This document shows, in pieces, positions 1-8,532 of a stretch of 40,113 bases of DNA. Location of the stretch: the NCBI GenBank assembly GCA_965368225.1, contig CBDUMF010000001.1, positions 1 through 40,113 of the forward strand, in the 5' to 3' direction. The position numbers were made by a program, and so were the translations under genes. Under the pieces are notes generated by a model. That model was given only the letters and a program-made list of their open reading frames with translations, was not told the DNA's origin and did no database searches. How positions within the stretch are numbered: the stretch's first letter is position 1; the number at the start of each line of letters is the position of its first letter. Origin of the DNA: an uncultured Elusimicrobia bacterium. GTDB taxonomy: Bacteria > Elusimicrobiota > Elusimicrobia > Elusimicrobiales > UBA9959.

Positions 1-32
1 TGCTCGGGCCCAGGGAAGAAGACGCTCCCGTC

Positions 33-386
33 ATGGGGCAAATTACGTTTTACTCGGAGAAAAATCCCTACTTTAAAGATTACAAGGATTTTATAGAAAG
101 AAACTCCAGGGATATTTTCGGTGAAAAAGGCGACGGCGAAAGCAAATACGGCCCGGTCAAAAAAATAAGACTGAATAAAAGATTCGCCTTTAAGTTTGAG
201 AATCAAATCAAAGAATACATCGAGCCAGAAAGCAAGAGCGACGAATATGTTCTGTTAAAGGAAAAATATTATGTCATACCTTCAAAAAAGGGGTTTCATG
301 TGCTGCATTTTACCGTTTCAAAAGACAAGTATTACAAATACTACAGAACCTTCAATAAAATAACGCTTTCGTTCAGGGGAATATAA
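33..386 (+). CDS. hypothetical protein (may be the 3' part of a longer gene)
   Basis: 117-aa ORF rich in Lys/Tyr/Glu with no motif I recognise. The frame stays open from base 3 to the ATG at 33, so the gene may start upstream of the window. Confidence 0.4.
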   Translation: MGQITFYSEKNPYFKDYKDFIERNSRDIFGEKGDGESKYGPVKKIRLNKRFAFKFENQIKEYIEPESKSDEYVLLKEKYYVIPSKKGFHVLHFTVSKDKYYKYYRTFNKITLSFRGI

Positions 387-391
387 ATCCG

Positions 392-778
392 TCAAAATCC
401 CTTTACCGCCGACAAAAGTTTAAGCATATTTTCTATTTTGTAAACGGCGGGAGGTTTTATCACATAATTGTAAGCACCTTCCTTCAGGCACTTTTCTGCA
501 AGGTCAACATTGTCCACTCCCGTTATGATAATCACGGCAGCCGACGGGTTTTTCCCCCTGACTTTGTGGAGAACCTCCAGACCGGAAATAGAGTAAACAT
601 AAATGTCGGTTATAACGACATCGTAAACATTTGAGTCGAGCAATTGACGGATGCCTGAGGCAAGATTGCCGCAGTCCACTTCAAACTGAGGGAAATTTTC
701 GAGAATTTTTTTTAATTCTTCAAGAACATACCCCTCGTCTTCCACAATGAGCATCCTGGCCTTGCCTTTTTCACCCAT
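392..778 (-). CDS. stand-alone response regulator receiver (CheY-like) protein
   Basis: MLIVEDE acidic pocket, phospho-acceptor context VVITDIYV, conserved IITG and VIKP lysine. It starts 4 nt downstream of the HD-GYP gene's stop. Confidence 0.85.
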   Translation of the reverse strand: MGEKGKARMLIVEDEGYVLEELKKILENFPQFEVDCGNLASGIRQLLDSNVYDVVITDIYVYSISGLEVLHKVRGKNPSAAVIIITGVDNVDLAEKCLKEGAYNYVIKPPAVYKIENMLKLLSAVKGF

Positions 779-782
779 CTGC

Positions 783-1793
783 CTAATCCCAATTTACCCA
801 GATTCTTGAAAGCTCCAAAACTCCCTTAAAGCGCGGAGCTTTCGCCTCAATTTCCCGGTAATCAAGAACTCTGTCTATGCCGAGAAGCTTATTGCTCGCC
901 AAATCCACCAAATAAGGCCTGACTTTTCTGAAATTTTCATCCATGACAATTTTCACAATTGGTTTAAGGAAGGATTCCGGATTTGTTTTGAAAACCTCGG
1001 CCACAGCTCCGTTTGTGAGTTTTACCAGGGTTCCCGGGGGATATACAGTCAAAAGCGCTGTAAGTTTTTTTAATGCCACAGGATTGAAAAGGGAGCTTTC
1101 CACCTCTATAAGCTGCCTTATGGCGGCATGATGGTCCAGGGCTCTTCTCCACGGTCTAAAATGTGTCATGGCCTCATAAGCGTCGGCAAGTGATATAATT
1201 TGCGCCATTAAGTTTATCTCGCTCCCCTTTAAGCCGAACGGGTAACCGATTCCGCTATGGCGCTCATGGGAATGCAGAATGGTTTTGGCCACTTCTTCCC
1301 TGAAATTGTAATCAAAATCGGCTATTCTGTCCAAATTTTCGCAACTTAAAATAACGTGATTTTTTATTTTCTCCATTTCATAGTCTTTAAGCTCTCTTTC
1401 CTGGTTCGCCAAATACAAATATCTCGTCATTCCCGTATCATGCATTATTGCCGCTATGCCAAGTTGAATAAGTTCTTCTTCTTTCATGCCATACGCTTTT
1501 CCGAGGTAAAGGGAAAGAATCGTGACATTCGCACTGTGGGAATAGAGATAGCTATCGTAGGTTCCATAGAGACTCATATTCAAAAGAAACGGATTTTTCT
1601 GAACGGAATTGAGACAGGTGCGAATTACGCGCCTGGCCTTTTTGTAAACAACCGGATAGGTTCTGTCTATTTCACTTATCACGGTTCTGCAAAAGTTTAT
1701 CAGTTCCGCGTAATCGCTTTCGGCTTTGCCATAAAGCTGGCGCAACAATACGGTTTCTCCTTTTAAATCCAAATTATCCGGATGAACGTTCAT
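783..1793 (-). CDS. HD-GYP domain protein (putative c-di-GMP phosphodiesterase)
   Basis: HD motif (IMHDTGM) and HSHERHSGIGYPFGL, which matches the HHExxDGxGYP signature. Confidence 0.85.
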   Translation of the reverse strand: MNVHPDNLDLKGETVLLRQLYGKAESDYAELINFCRTVISEIDRTYPVVYKKARRVIRTCLNSVQKNPFLLNMSLYGTYDSYLYSHSANVTILSLYLGKAYGMKEEELIQLGIAAIMHDTGMTRYLYLANQERELKDYEMEKIKNHVILSCENLDRIADFDYNFREEVAKTILHSHERHSGIGYPFGLKGSEINLMAQIISLADAYEAMTHFRPWRRALDHHAAIRQLIEVESSLFNPVALKKLTALLTVYPPGTLVKLTNGAVAEVFKTNPESFLKPIVKIVMDENFRKVRPYLVDLASNKLLGIDRVLDYREIEAKAPRFKGVLELSRIWVNWD

Positions 1794-1820
1794 ACTATCT
1801 ATTTTTATACCTTTCTTATA

Positions 1821-2927
1821 TTACAGATATTTTTCATAAATACGGTATTTTTTGTAAACCTTTCCCCCCACCATCTCTATAATTCTGTTTATTCTATCAT
1901 TATCTTCCAGTGTCCAGGAAAGTTCCGCCCATTCCCAGTTGGACTTCTCTCCCCACTTAATGGCGTGCCTGATGAGGGCAAGCTCTATTCCTCTGTTTCT
2001 GAATTCCTTTTTAACCCCGAGGGCAAGCAGCCTGCCTCTTCTTATCCTGGACATTTTCAGCAAGAACGGAATGAAATTAAGAATATTCAGCTTGCCATTG
2101 ACCTCTTTAAGAGGCAGATAAAAATCCGGGAGCAAAAGCGTAAAGCCGGCCGCCTTTCCGTCCATTTCGGCGAAGTACAAATATTCCGGCTTCAATATGG
2201 GCCCTAAAGACTTTGCCAAGTCAGTCATCTCTTCTGAATCCATCGGAACAAAGCCCCAGTTCCTGCTCCAGGCCTGATTGTATATGTTTTTGAAAATGTC
2301 CAGTTCCCTCAAAATATTGCGGGTGTCGGCATTTTTAATTTTCATTTTATGCCTTTTATAGAGGCGACTGACTATTTTTTCAAAATTCTCTGGAAAAGGA
2401 ATATGGGTCTCCCGCTTGAAAGCGTAAAGGTCCTTGGCTTTTGCAAAACCCGCGGCAAGGACAAGTTCGTTATAATAATCCGGGTTATACGACATCATTA
2501 TCATGGGCGGCAAATCAAAACCCTCTATGAGCATGCCGCAGGTTTCATTCATGGATGGGTTTGTGGGTCCCGCGATTCTGCGCATGCCTTTTTCCTTAAG
2601 AAAATCGCAGGCGCTTTCAAAAAGCATGTTTGAAACCTTCTTATCGTTGATTGAATCGAAAAATCCAAAAAAACCCATTTTGGTTTTATGATAATCATTG
2701 TGTTTATGATTCACTATGGCGGCTATTCTGCCAGCGGGTTTTCCTTCTTTTTCAGCGATGAAGAGTTTTTTTTCGGCATGATTCCAGAATGGATGGGAAG
2801 TTAAAAGATGCCTGACATTCTTTCTAAAATCCGACACCCAGAACGGATGGTTTTTAAAAAGTTCGTACGGAAAATCTATGAATAACCCGATATTCGAGTC
2901 GTTGATTCCGAAAACCTTGATGGACAT
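1821..2927 (-). CDS. GNAT-fold N-acyltransferase-like protein of uncharacterised subfamily
   Basis: 368 aa. The C-terminal LALGVKKEFRNRGIELALI matches the GNAT acyl-CoA binding motif A (R/Q-x-x-G-x-G/A type). The N-terminal half is not assignable by eye. Confidence 0.6.
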   Translation of the reverse strand: MSIKVFGINDSNIGLFIDFPYELFKNHPFWVSDFRKNVRHLLTSHPFWNHAEKKLFIAEKEGKPAGRIAAIVNHKHNDYHKTKMGFFGFFDSINDKKVSNMLFESACDFLKEKGMRRIAGPTNPSMNETCGMLIEGFDLPPMIMMSYNPDYYNELVLAAGFAKAKDLYAFKRETHIPFPENFEKIVSRLYKRHKMKIKNADTRNILRELDIFKNIYNQAWSRNWGFVPMDSEEMTDLAKSLGPILKPEYLYFAEMDGKAAGFTLLLPDFYLPLKEVNGKLNILNFIPFLLKMSRIRRGRLLALGVKKEFRNRGIELALIRHAIKWGEKSNWEWAELSWTLEDNDRINRIIEMVGGKVYKKYRIYEKYL

Positions 2928-2946
2928 ATTTTGCGATGTTTCAGTT

Positions 2947-4143
2947 TCAAGAGGAAAGCGAAATTCCTATCTTAGATATACAGGAGTCTATTATGGAAAT
3001 TGCCTTTTCCAAATGCTTCGGCTCGTGAGCTGCCGTAACCGCCACCCTTATGAGAGAACGCGAAGGAGGCACCGCCGGACTTATGACTGGATTGGTAAAG
3101 AGACCCCCTTCAAACAGCATTTTCCATAATATGAAAGTTTTTTTGTCGTCGCCGATTATTATCGGAATAATCGGGGTTTGAGTGTTTCCGGTGTTAAGTC
3201 CTCTCTTTTGGAATTCCCGAAGAAGATATTTGGAATTGTCCCAGAGTTTCTTTATCCTTTCCGGTTCCGATTCTATGATATCAATGGCCCTGGATATAAC
3301 CGCCACAGGGGCAGGGGGCAAGGCCGCCGAAAATATCATGGACCTTGAAACATGCTGAATATAATGTATTATGTCTTTACTTGCTGCCGCAAAACCGCCC
3401 ACCGAGGCAAATGACTTGGAACATGTTCCGACTATAATATCAACCTCGTCATGCTCCATTCCATAGTATTCGCAGGTGCCCCTTCCCGTTTTGCCTATAA
3501 CGCCGGTAGCGTGGGCATCATCCACCATTATTCTCGCCCCGTATCTTCTGCCTATCTCCACAATTTCCGGCAAAGGGCAAATGTCCCCCTCCATACTGAA
3601 AACCCCGTCCACTATAACGAGTTTTCCCGATTCGGGCGGCAGTTCTTCCAGCGTTTTTCTCAGGTCATTCATGTCATTGTGCTTAAACCTCACTATTTCT
3701 CCGCTTGAAAGCCGGCATCCGTCCAGTATGCTGGCATGGTCCAATTTATCGGTTACCGCAAAGTCCCCCTTCCCCACCAGGGAAGAGATTACTCCTAAAT
3801 TCATCTGGTAACCGGTGGCATAGAGAAGGGCGGATTCTTTTTGCTTAAATCGGGCTATTTTCTTCTCAACCTCCGTATGAAGAGTTGTGTTTCCATTCAA
3901 AAATCTGGAGCCCGCGCAGCCGGTACCGAATTTTTCAAGGGCTTTTCTGGCGGCTTCCTTCATCCTTGGGTCATTAGCAAGCCCCAAATAATTATTAGAA
4001 CCCATCATTATGTATTTTTTGCCGTTTATCGTCACTTCGGGAGCCTGTTCGCTTTCAAATTCCTTAAAATACGGATAAATGCCGTTGTCGATAAGGTCCC
4101 TGGCTGCCCTGAAATTTCTGCATTTATCAAAGATATCTTTCAT
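2947..4143 (-). CDS. PLP-dependent alpha-oxoamine synthase, serine palmitoyltransferase-like (Kbl/BioF/SPT family)
   Basis: NNYLGL, GSRFLNGN, HASILDG, DDAHATG and the PLP-lysine motif GTCSKSF. GSRxLNG, RFKHND and SKSF resemble SPT more than Kbl, BioF or ALAS as I remember them. Confidence 0.85.
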   Translation of the reverse strand: MKDIFDKCRNFRAARDLIDNGIYPYFKEFESEQAPEVTINGKKYIMMGSNNYLGLANDPRMKEAARKALEKFGTGCAGSRFLNGNTTLHTEVEKKIARFKQKESALLYATGYQMNLGVISSLVGKGDFAVTDKLDHASILDGCRLSSGEIVRFKHNDMNDLRKTLEELPPESGKLVIVDGVFSMEGDICPLPEIVEIGRRYGARIMVDDAHATGVIGKTGRGTCEYYGMEHDEVDIIVGTCSKSFASVGGFAAASKDIIHYIQHVSRSMIFSAALPPAPVAVISRAIDIIESEPERIKKLWDNSKYLLREFQKRGLNTGNTQTPIIPIIIGDDKKTFILWKMLFEGGLFTNPVISPAVPPSRSLIRVAVTAAHEPKHLEKAISIIDSCISKIGISLSS

Positions 4144-4172
4144 AGTTATTATTGTAATAAATTAGACTACAT

Positions 4173-4634
4173 TTAACAATTGTTTTTTATCTTCCTTATC
4201 AAATCCGTGGTTGAAAAACCGCGTTTGAGGTTAATTCTAACGACTTTGGAGGCAAACTCGGCTCCCACAATTTCATCAAAGGAATAATCCGCGCCTTTCA
4301 CAAGGATATCAGGTCTCAAAGACTTTAAAACATTAAAAGGAGTCGTCTCATGAAAAACCAGTATTTTATCCACACATCCTATGGCAGACAAAACCCGCAC
4401 CCTGCTGGATTCCTTGTTTATAGGTCTGAATCTACCCTTTATCCTGCGCACAGAAGTATCGGAGTTAACCCCCACCACAAGCACATCGCCCAGTGATTTT
4501 GCCTTTTGAAGAATATGAATATGACCCTCATGAATTATGTCAAAACAGCCATTGGTAAAAACCAGCGTGCGTTTCTGTCTCTTGAGTCGCTTTCTGAAAG
4601 AAGCTATTTGGCGGCGGTTAAGCAGTTTACTCAT
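4173..4634 (-). CDS. hldC: D-glycero-beta-D-manno-heptose 1-phosphate adenylyltransferase (RfaE domain II type)
   Basis: FTNGCFDIIHEGHIHIL (HxGH nucleotidyltransferase motif), VGVNSD, LVKGADY, STT. Its start overlaps the accC stop by 4 nt. Confidence 0.8.
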   Translation of the reverse strand: MSKLLNRRQIASFRKRLKRQKRTLVFTNGCFDIIHEGHIHILQKAKSLGDVLVVGVNSDTSVRRIKGRFRPINKESSRVRVLSAIGCVDKILVFHETTPFNVLKSLRPDILVKGADYSFDEIVGAEFASKVVRINLKRGFSTTDLIRKIKNNC

Positions 4635-5992
4635 AATTTGTTCTGATTTTTTTTGAGAAATTCTTCCATATACCCCGTGTGGACGTTCCCCTGAACGAAG
4701 TTCTCATCATCTATCAAAAGCTTGTGCAGATGAATGGTCGTTGGGATTCCTTTCACAAAAAACTCATTCAGCGCTCTCTTGCTTCTGGCTATGGCCTCTT
4801 TTCTGTCCACCCCCCAGATTATAAGCTTTGCAAGCATGCTGTCGTAGTAAAAAGGCAAATCGTAGCCCTGATATATATGCGTATCTAACCTCACCCACTG
4901 CCCGCCGGGCGGGACAAATTCCTTTATCTTGCCAGGAGAAGGCAGAAAATCTCTGGAAACATCCTCGGCATTTATCCTGTGTTCTATGGCATGCCCCCTG
5001 AAATTTGAAATCTGGGACTGTTTTACGCTTATGCTTCCTCCAGCGGCTATAAGTATCTGCTCTTTTACAAGATCTGTGGCTGTTATAAACTCGCTTACTG
5101 GATGCTCCACCTGAAGACGGGTATTGACCTCCATAAAATAAAAATTTCCCGCTTTATCGAGAAGAAATTCAACAGTTCCCACTCCAACGTAATTTGACGT
5201 TTCGGCAAGTCTTATGGCGGCATCCATCAGTTTTTTCCTTGTTTCCCGGTTCACCGCCGGAGAGGGAGACTCTTCAAGCAGTTTTTGATGCCTTCTTTGA
5301 AGCGTGCAGTCCCTTTCGGGAAATGCCACTGCATTTCCCCTTGAGTCCCTGGCAAACTGCACCTCCACATGCCGGGGCCGTTCTATGTATTTCTCAAAAT
5401 ATATATCGCCGTTTTTAAAGGCAGCCTTTGCCTCGGCCTGAGCCATTTTCGCCTCATGCTCCAGGCGGGCGGATTCCCTCACCACTCTTATTCCTTTCCC
5501 GCCTCCGCCGGCCGCTGCCTTTATCATAATGGGATAACCAATCTTATCGGCTTCTTTCTTAAAATGCTTGCTTATACATCCCCTCGTTCCCGGGGAAACG
5601 GGAATTTTGCTCCTGACAGCGAGATTTCGGGCGGTGGATTTATATCCAAGCATTTTCATCGACGCAGGATTCGGACCAATAAAGACTATGCCGTTTTTCC
5701 GGCACGCATCGGAAAAGGCGGGATTTTCGGACAAAAAGCCGTATCCCGGATGTACGGCCTGGGCCCCGGTTATTTTGGCAGCCTGAATTACAGCTTCCAT
5801 ATTCAGATAACTTTCAGTTGCGGGGGCAGGACCTATGCACACCGATTCGTTCGCTTCCCTCACATGCAGGGAGCTCCTGTCCGCCTCAGAAAAAACGGCA
5901 ACCGAGGATATACCCATTTCTTTGAGCGTTCTTATCACTCTTATGGCTATCTCTCCCCTGTTGGCTATAAGGATTTTTTGGAATTTTCTCAT
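4631..5992 (-). CDS. accC: acetyl-CoA carboxylase, biotin carboxylase subunit
   Basis: KILIANRGEIAIRVIRT, an ATP-grasp glycine-rich loop (AAAGGGGKGIRVV), MEVNTRLQVEHPVSE. 453 aa, a typical length. Confidence 0.95.
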   Translation of the reverse strand: MRKFQKILIANRGEIAIRVIRTLKEMGISSVAVFSEADRSSLHVREANESVCIGPAPATESYLNMEAVIQAAKITGAQAVHPGYGFLSENPAFSDACRKNGIVFIGPNPASMKMLGYKSTARNLAVRSKIPVSPGTRGCISKHFKKEADKIGYPIMIKAAAGGGGKGIRVVRESARLEHEAKMAQAEAKAAFKNGDIYFEKYIERPRHVEVQFARDSRGNAVAFPERDCTLQRRHQKLLEESPSPAVNRETRKKLMDAAIRLAETSNYVGVGTVEFLLDKAGNFYFMEVNTRLQVEHPVSEFITATDLVKEQILIAAGGSISVKQSQISNFRGHAIEHRINAEDVSRDFLPSPGKIKEFVPPGGQWVRLDTHIYQGYDLPFYYDSMLAKLIIWGVDRKEAIARSKRALNEFFVKGIPTTIHLHKLLIDDENFVQGNVHTGYMEEFLKKNQNKL

Positions 5993-7644
5993 TGATTCAA
6001 CTCCCCTTTTTCAAGAATTATATTTTGGGTCCATAGATTTACCCGGAATACATACAAATATCTTTTCTCAATCTTCCCGCTGGAAGGGTTGAGCCGCTTT
6101 TCCTTGAGAAAAACCCTGTATTCCGGTCCTCCGATATGCTGCGCCGACCATACATCCCTGGGCACATACCTTTTACTTGTTTTCCTGGACGTTTCTTTCA
6201 GCTTTTTTCTTCTCATTTCATAAATAGACGGCGCCTCCGAAGAAAATTTCGATTTCTGCGCGAAAGATATCGCCTCCTGTATGGCGTCGCCTTTTAAAAA
6301 CCGGAAGAACATTTCTATGTCATTTTGAAAGGTTTGTGGGCAGAGACCTTTGGCTACGATTATATCCTTAAGCGCGTCGATATAATTCTTAATCTGAGCG
6401 TAGGCATCGGCACGGTTTATCAACACCTGGCATTTTTCGTAAAAACCCGAATTTTTATCGGCAAGAAGCATGTTGTATATGTTAAAAGCCTGTTTGTAGT
6501 GCCCGGTAAATTTTAAGCTGTTGGCAAGTTGAAAATAATACCATTGACTGGTCTCGTTATCAAAGCCCACAGGATAGAATTTTTCGGCCTCAAGAGTCTT
6601 CCTGCAGGAAACCACCGCTTTGTCATACAGTTGCATACTGTATTCAGCCGAACATAAGTAGCCCCAGCTCCTCGGGTCGAGAGGGTCGGTAAGGGTAATC
6701 TTTTGCGCCAGGAACAATGCCTGGCTGTAATCTCTTTTCTCAAGGGCCTCGTCTATGGGCGCAAAGAGATTCCATATATATGGCCTGCGCCAGGAATCGT
6801 GTTCATTGACAAACGAAATAACGTCATCCTGCCACGGCCCGTCGCCTTCCTTTAACTTGTATTTCACAAGAGCCGCATTGCCCATAATTTTGTAGACTTT
6901 TACATCCTTGAATTCCCATTCAGGTCGCCTGGAATAATAGTCGCGGCTGTTTGACACATAAACATCCAGAGGGCAAGTGGCTTTTGAATTGGTGGATAAA
7001 AATTTGTATGCCTCTTCATATTCTTTTGAGGCAAGATGGGAAAGATATTTTTTTGCCGTCATCACGAGTTTGACTTTCGGAATATAGGGCGCCGCTATGA
7101 GGTAAAGCATAAAAAACAGAACAAGAGACAGGGTTGAAACTGCAATTGTGTTGATTATCTTGTTTTTTTTCCTGGCGGATTTTGCAAGCGTCGAAGTTTC
7201 AAAGCGGTGTGAGGATTTTTTATCCTGTTCAGAAGCGGGGGACGAAGACTGCAAAATTTTTATTTGTTCCCTGCTTAACACTTTTCTCCCGGATCTCAAC
7301 TTTCTGGCGGATTTTTCGGGAGTGCTTTCCGCGTCTATAGTCGCTTCTATCGGTTGTATTTCTATGTTTATTTTTCCAATTTTCTCTTCCTTCTCCGGCT
7401 TTGCCTCTTCTTTTGCACTTACCGCCGGACCTTCTTCCTTTTTCTTTTGTTTATCCGCTTTATTTTCGGGATGGATACACACTTCCGCCGAGCATTTCCC
7501 GCATTTTTGAACACCAAAATTGTTTTCGGCGCCGCATCTTGCGCAATACACCTTCATCTCTGAACCGCATTTTATGCATGCGTCAGTAACAATATTGGGC
7601 ACGTATCCGCAGGACGGACATTTGATGAGAGAATATTTGGGCAT
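5989..7644 (-). CDS. membrane-anchored double zinc-ribbon / TPR-like protein, function unknown
   Basis: N-terminal CxxC pairs (CPSCGY..CIKCGS..CARCGAEN..CGKCSA), a Lys/Glu-rich linker, one TM helix (IAVSTLSLVLFFMLYLIAAPYI), then a helical-repeat region. Confidence 0.7.
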   Translation of the reverse strand: MPKYSLIKCPSCGYVPNIVTDACIKCGSEMKVYCARCGAENNFGVQKCGKCSAEVCIHPENKADKQKKKEEGPAVSAKEEAKPEKEEKIGKINIEIQPIEATIDAESTPEKSARKLRSGRKVLSREQIKILQSSSPASEQDKKSSHRFETSTLAKSARKKNKIINTIAVSTLSLVLFFMLYLIAAPYIPKVKLVMTAKKYLSHLASKEYEEAYKFLSTNSKATCPLDVYVSNSRDYYSRRPEWEFKDVKVYKIMGNAALVKYKLKEGDGPWQDDVISFVNEHDSWRRPYIWNLFAPIDEALEKRDYSQALFLAQKITLTDPLDPRSWGYLCSAEYSMQLYDKAVVSCRKTLEAEKFYPVGFDNETSQWYYFQLANSLKFTGHYKQAFNIYNMLLADKNSGFYEKCQVLINRADAYAQIKNYIDALKDIIVAKGLCPQTFQNDIEMFFRFLKGDAIQEAISFAQKSKFSSEAPSIYEMRRKKLKETSRKTSKRYVPRDVWSAQHIGGPEYRVFLKEKRLNPSSGKIEKRYLYVFRVNLWTQNIILEKGELNQ

Positions 7645-8027
7645 TATTTCGGTTCAAGAAAAAACAGTGTCTGGCCGTATTCCACCGCTTTTGCGTCTTC
7701 CACGCAGATTATCTTCACAAATCCGCTGTCCTCGCTGTTCACGGGTTTGAGCACTTTGCCTATTTCAATAATTCCAAGAGTCTGCCCTTTTTTGACTTCC
7801 ATCCCCTCCTTGACGGAGAAGGTTTGACCGCGCGCTGAAAATCTGAAAATACCGACCCCCGGAGAGTTTACAGGAATAAGTTTCGCGGAAGCGGTGAGAT
7901 TGTAAGAAGGAGTCTCTCCTTCCCCGAACTTTATGCTTATCTTGTTCTTCCCCTTCTTCCAGGTAACCTCCTGCAAATCGGTGCCGTTCATCCACCTGCT
8001 TATTTTTCCCAAAGTTTTGATATTCAT
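7644..8027 (-). CDS. accB: biotin carboxyl carrier protein-like (biotinyl/lipoyl domain)
   Basis: The C-terminal domain aligns with E. coli BCCP around the modified lysine (GIIEIGKVLKPVNSEDSGFV vs [20 protein letters not shown]). I start it at ATG 8027 because GGGAGG lies 6 nt upstream. Confidence 0.75.
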   Translation of the reverse strand: MNIKTLGKISRWMNGTDLQEVTWKKGKNKISIKFGEGETPSYNLTASAKLIPVNSPGVGIFRFSARGQTFSVKEGMEVKKGQTLGIIEIGKVLKPVNSEDSGFVKIICVEDAKAVEYGQTLFFLEPK

Positions 8028-8060
8028 TTTTTCCTCCCGAAAATACAAAGCAATCTCCTT

Positions 8061-8462
8061 TTACAGTCCCGCCTGCGAGGGATTAAAAGGTTTGGGTAAA
8101 AGTTTTCCAACCGTAGTGCAATAGACCTTTTCCTTTTTTTCGAGTGGTTGCCAGTCCACAAAAATTATCTCGGCTTCCCTCGGGGCGAATTCTATAATGA
8201 CCTGCCTGCATGCTCCGCAGGGCCTGGCCGACTTTGCCACCACCGCCAGGGCGCGCACTTTTTTCTCTCCGTGGCTTATCGCGTTGAAAATAGCGATTCT
8301 TTCAGCGCAGCAGGAAAGACCAAAGGAGGCATTTTCCACATTGCAACCCGTGTAGATTTTACCGGATTCCATCAAAACAGCGGCTCCCACAGGATACCTT
8401 GAATAAGGGCAATATGCCTTTTTCTGGGCAATTTTGGCCGCCTGCACAAGTTTCTTTCTCAT
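8061..8462 (-). CDS. cdd: cytidine deaminase
   Basis: CPYSRYPVGAAV, the zinc ligand motifs CAERIAI and PCGACRQ. The start is set at the internal Met (MRKKLVQAAK) because the longer GTG-initiated ORF overlaps mtnP by 50 nt. Confidence 0.85.
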   Translation of the reverse strand: MRKKLVQAAKIAQKKAYCPYSRYPVGAAVLMESGKIYTGCNVENASFGLSCCAERIAIFNAISHGEKKVRALAVVAKSARPCGACRQVIIEFAPREAEIIFVDWQPLEKKEKVYCTTVGKLLPKPFNPSQAGL

Positions 8463-8532
8463 TGACCTGTGCCAGCTTTTCCGGTTGTTGAATTTCTTTG
8501 CTTTTCTTCTGTTTTTCCTCATAAATAGAGAC

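Noticed and set aside
2947-4143. Calling the alpha-oxoamine synthase simply Kbl (2-amino-3-ketobutyrate CoA ligase) or BioF
   Set aside because: No tdh or bio genes are adjacent, and the diagnostic stretches look SPT-like by eye. I kept the family-level call and raised the SPT reading as a finding rather than asserting either name.
5369-5995. Long antisense 'shadow' ORFs opposite well-supported genes (for example 5369-5995, 9208-9969, 9976-10719, 13714-14295, 20731-21228, 30836-31330)
   Set aside because: Each lies entirely inside a confidently identified gene on the other strand and has skewed, low-complexity composition with no recognisable motifs. They are typical out-of-frame mirror ORFs.
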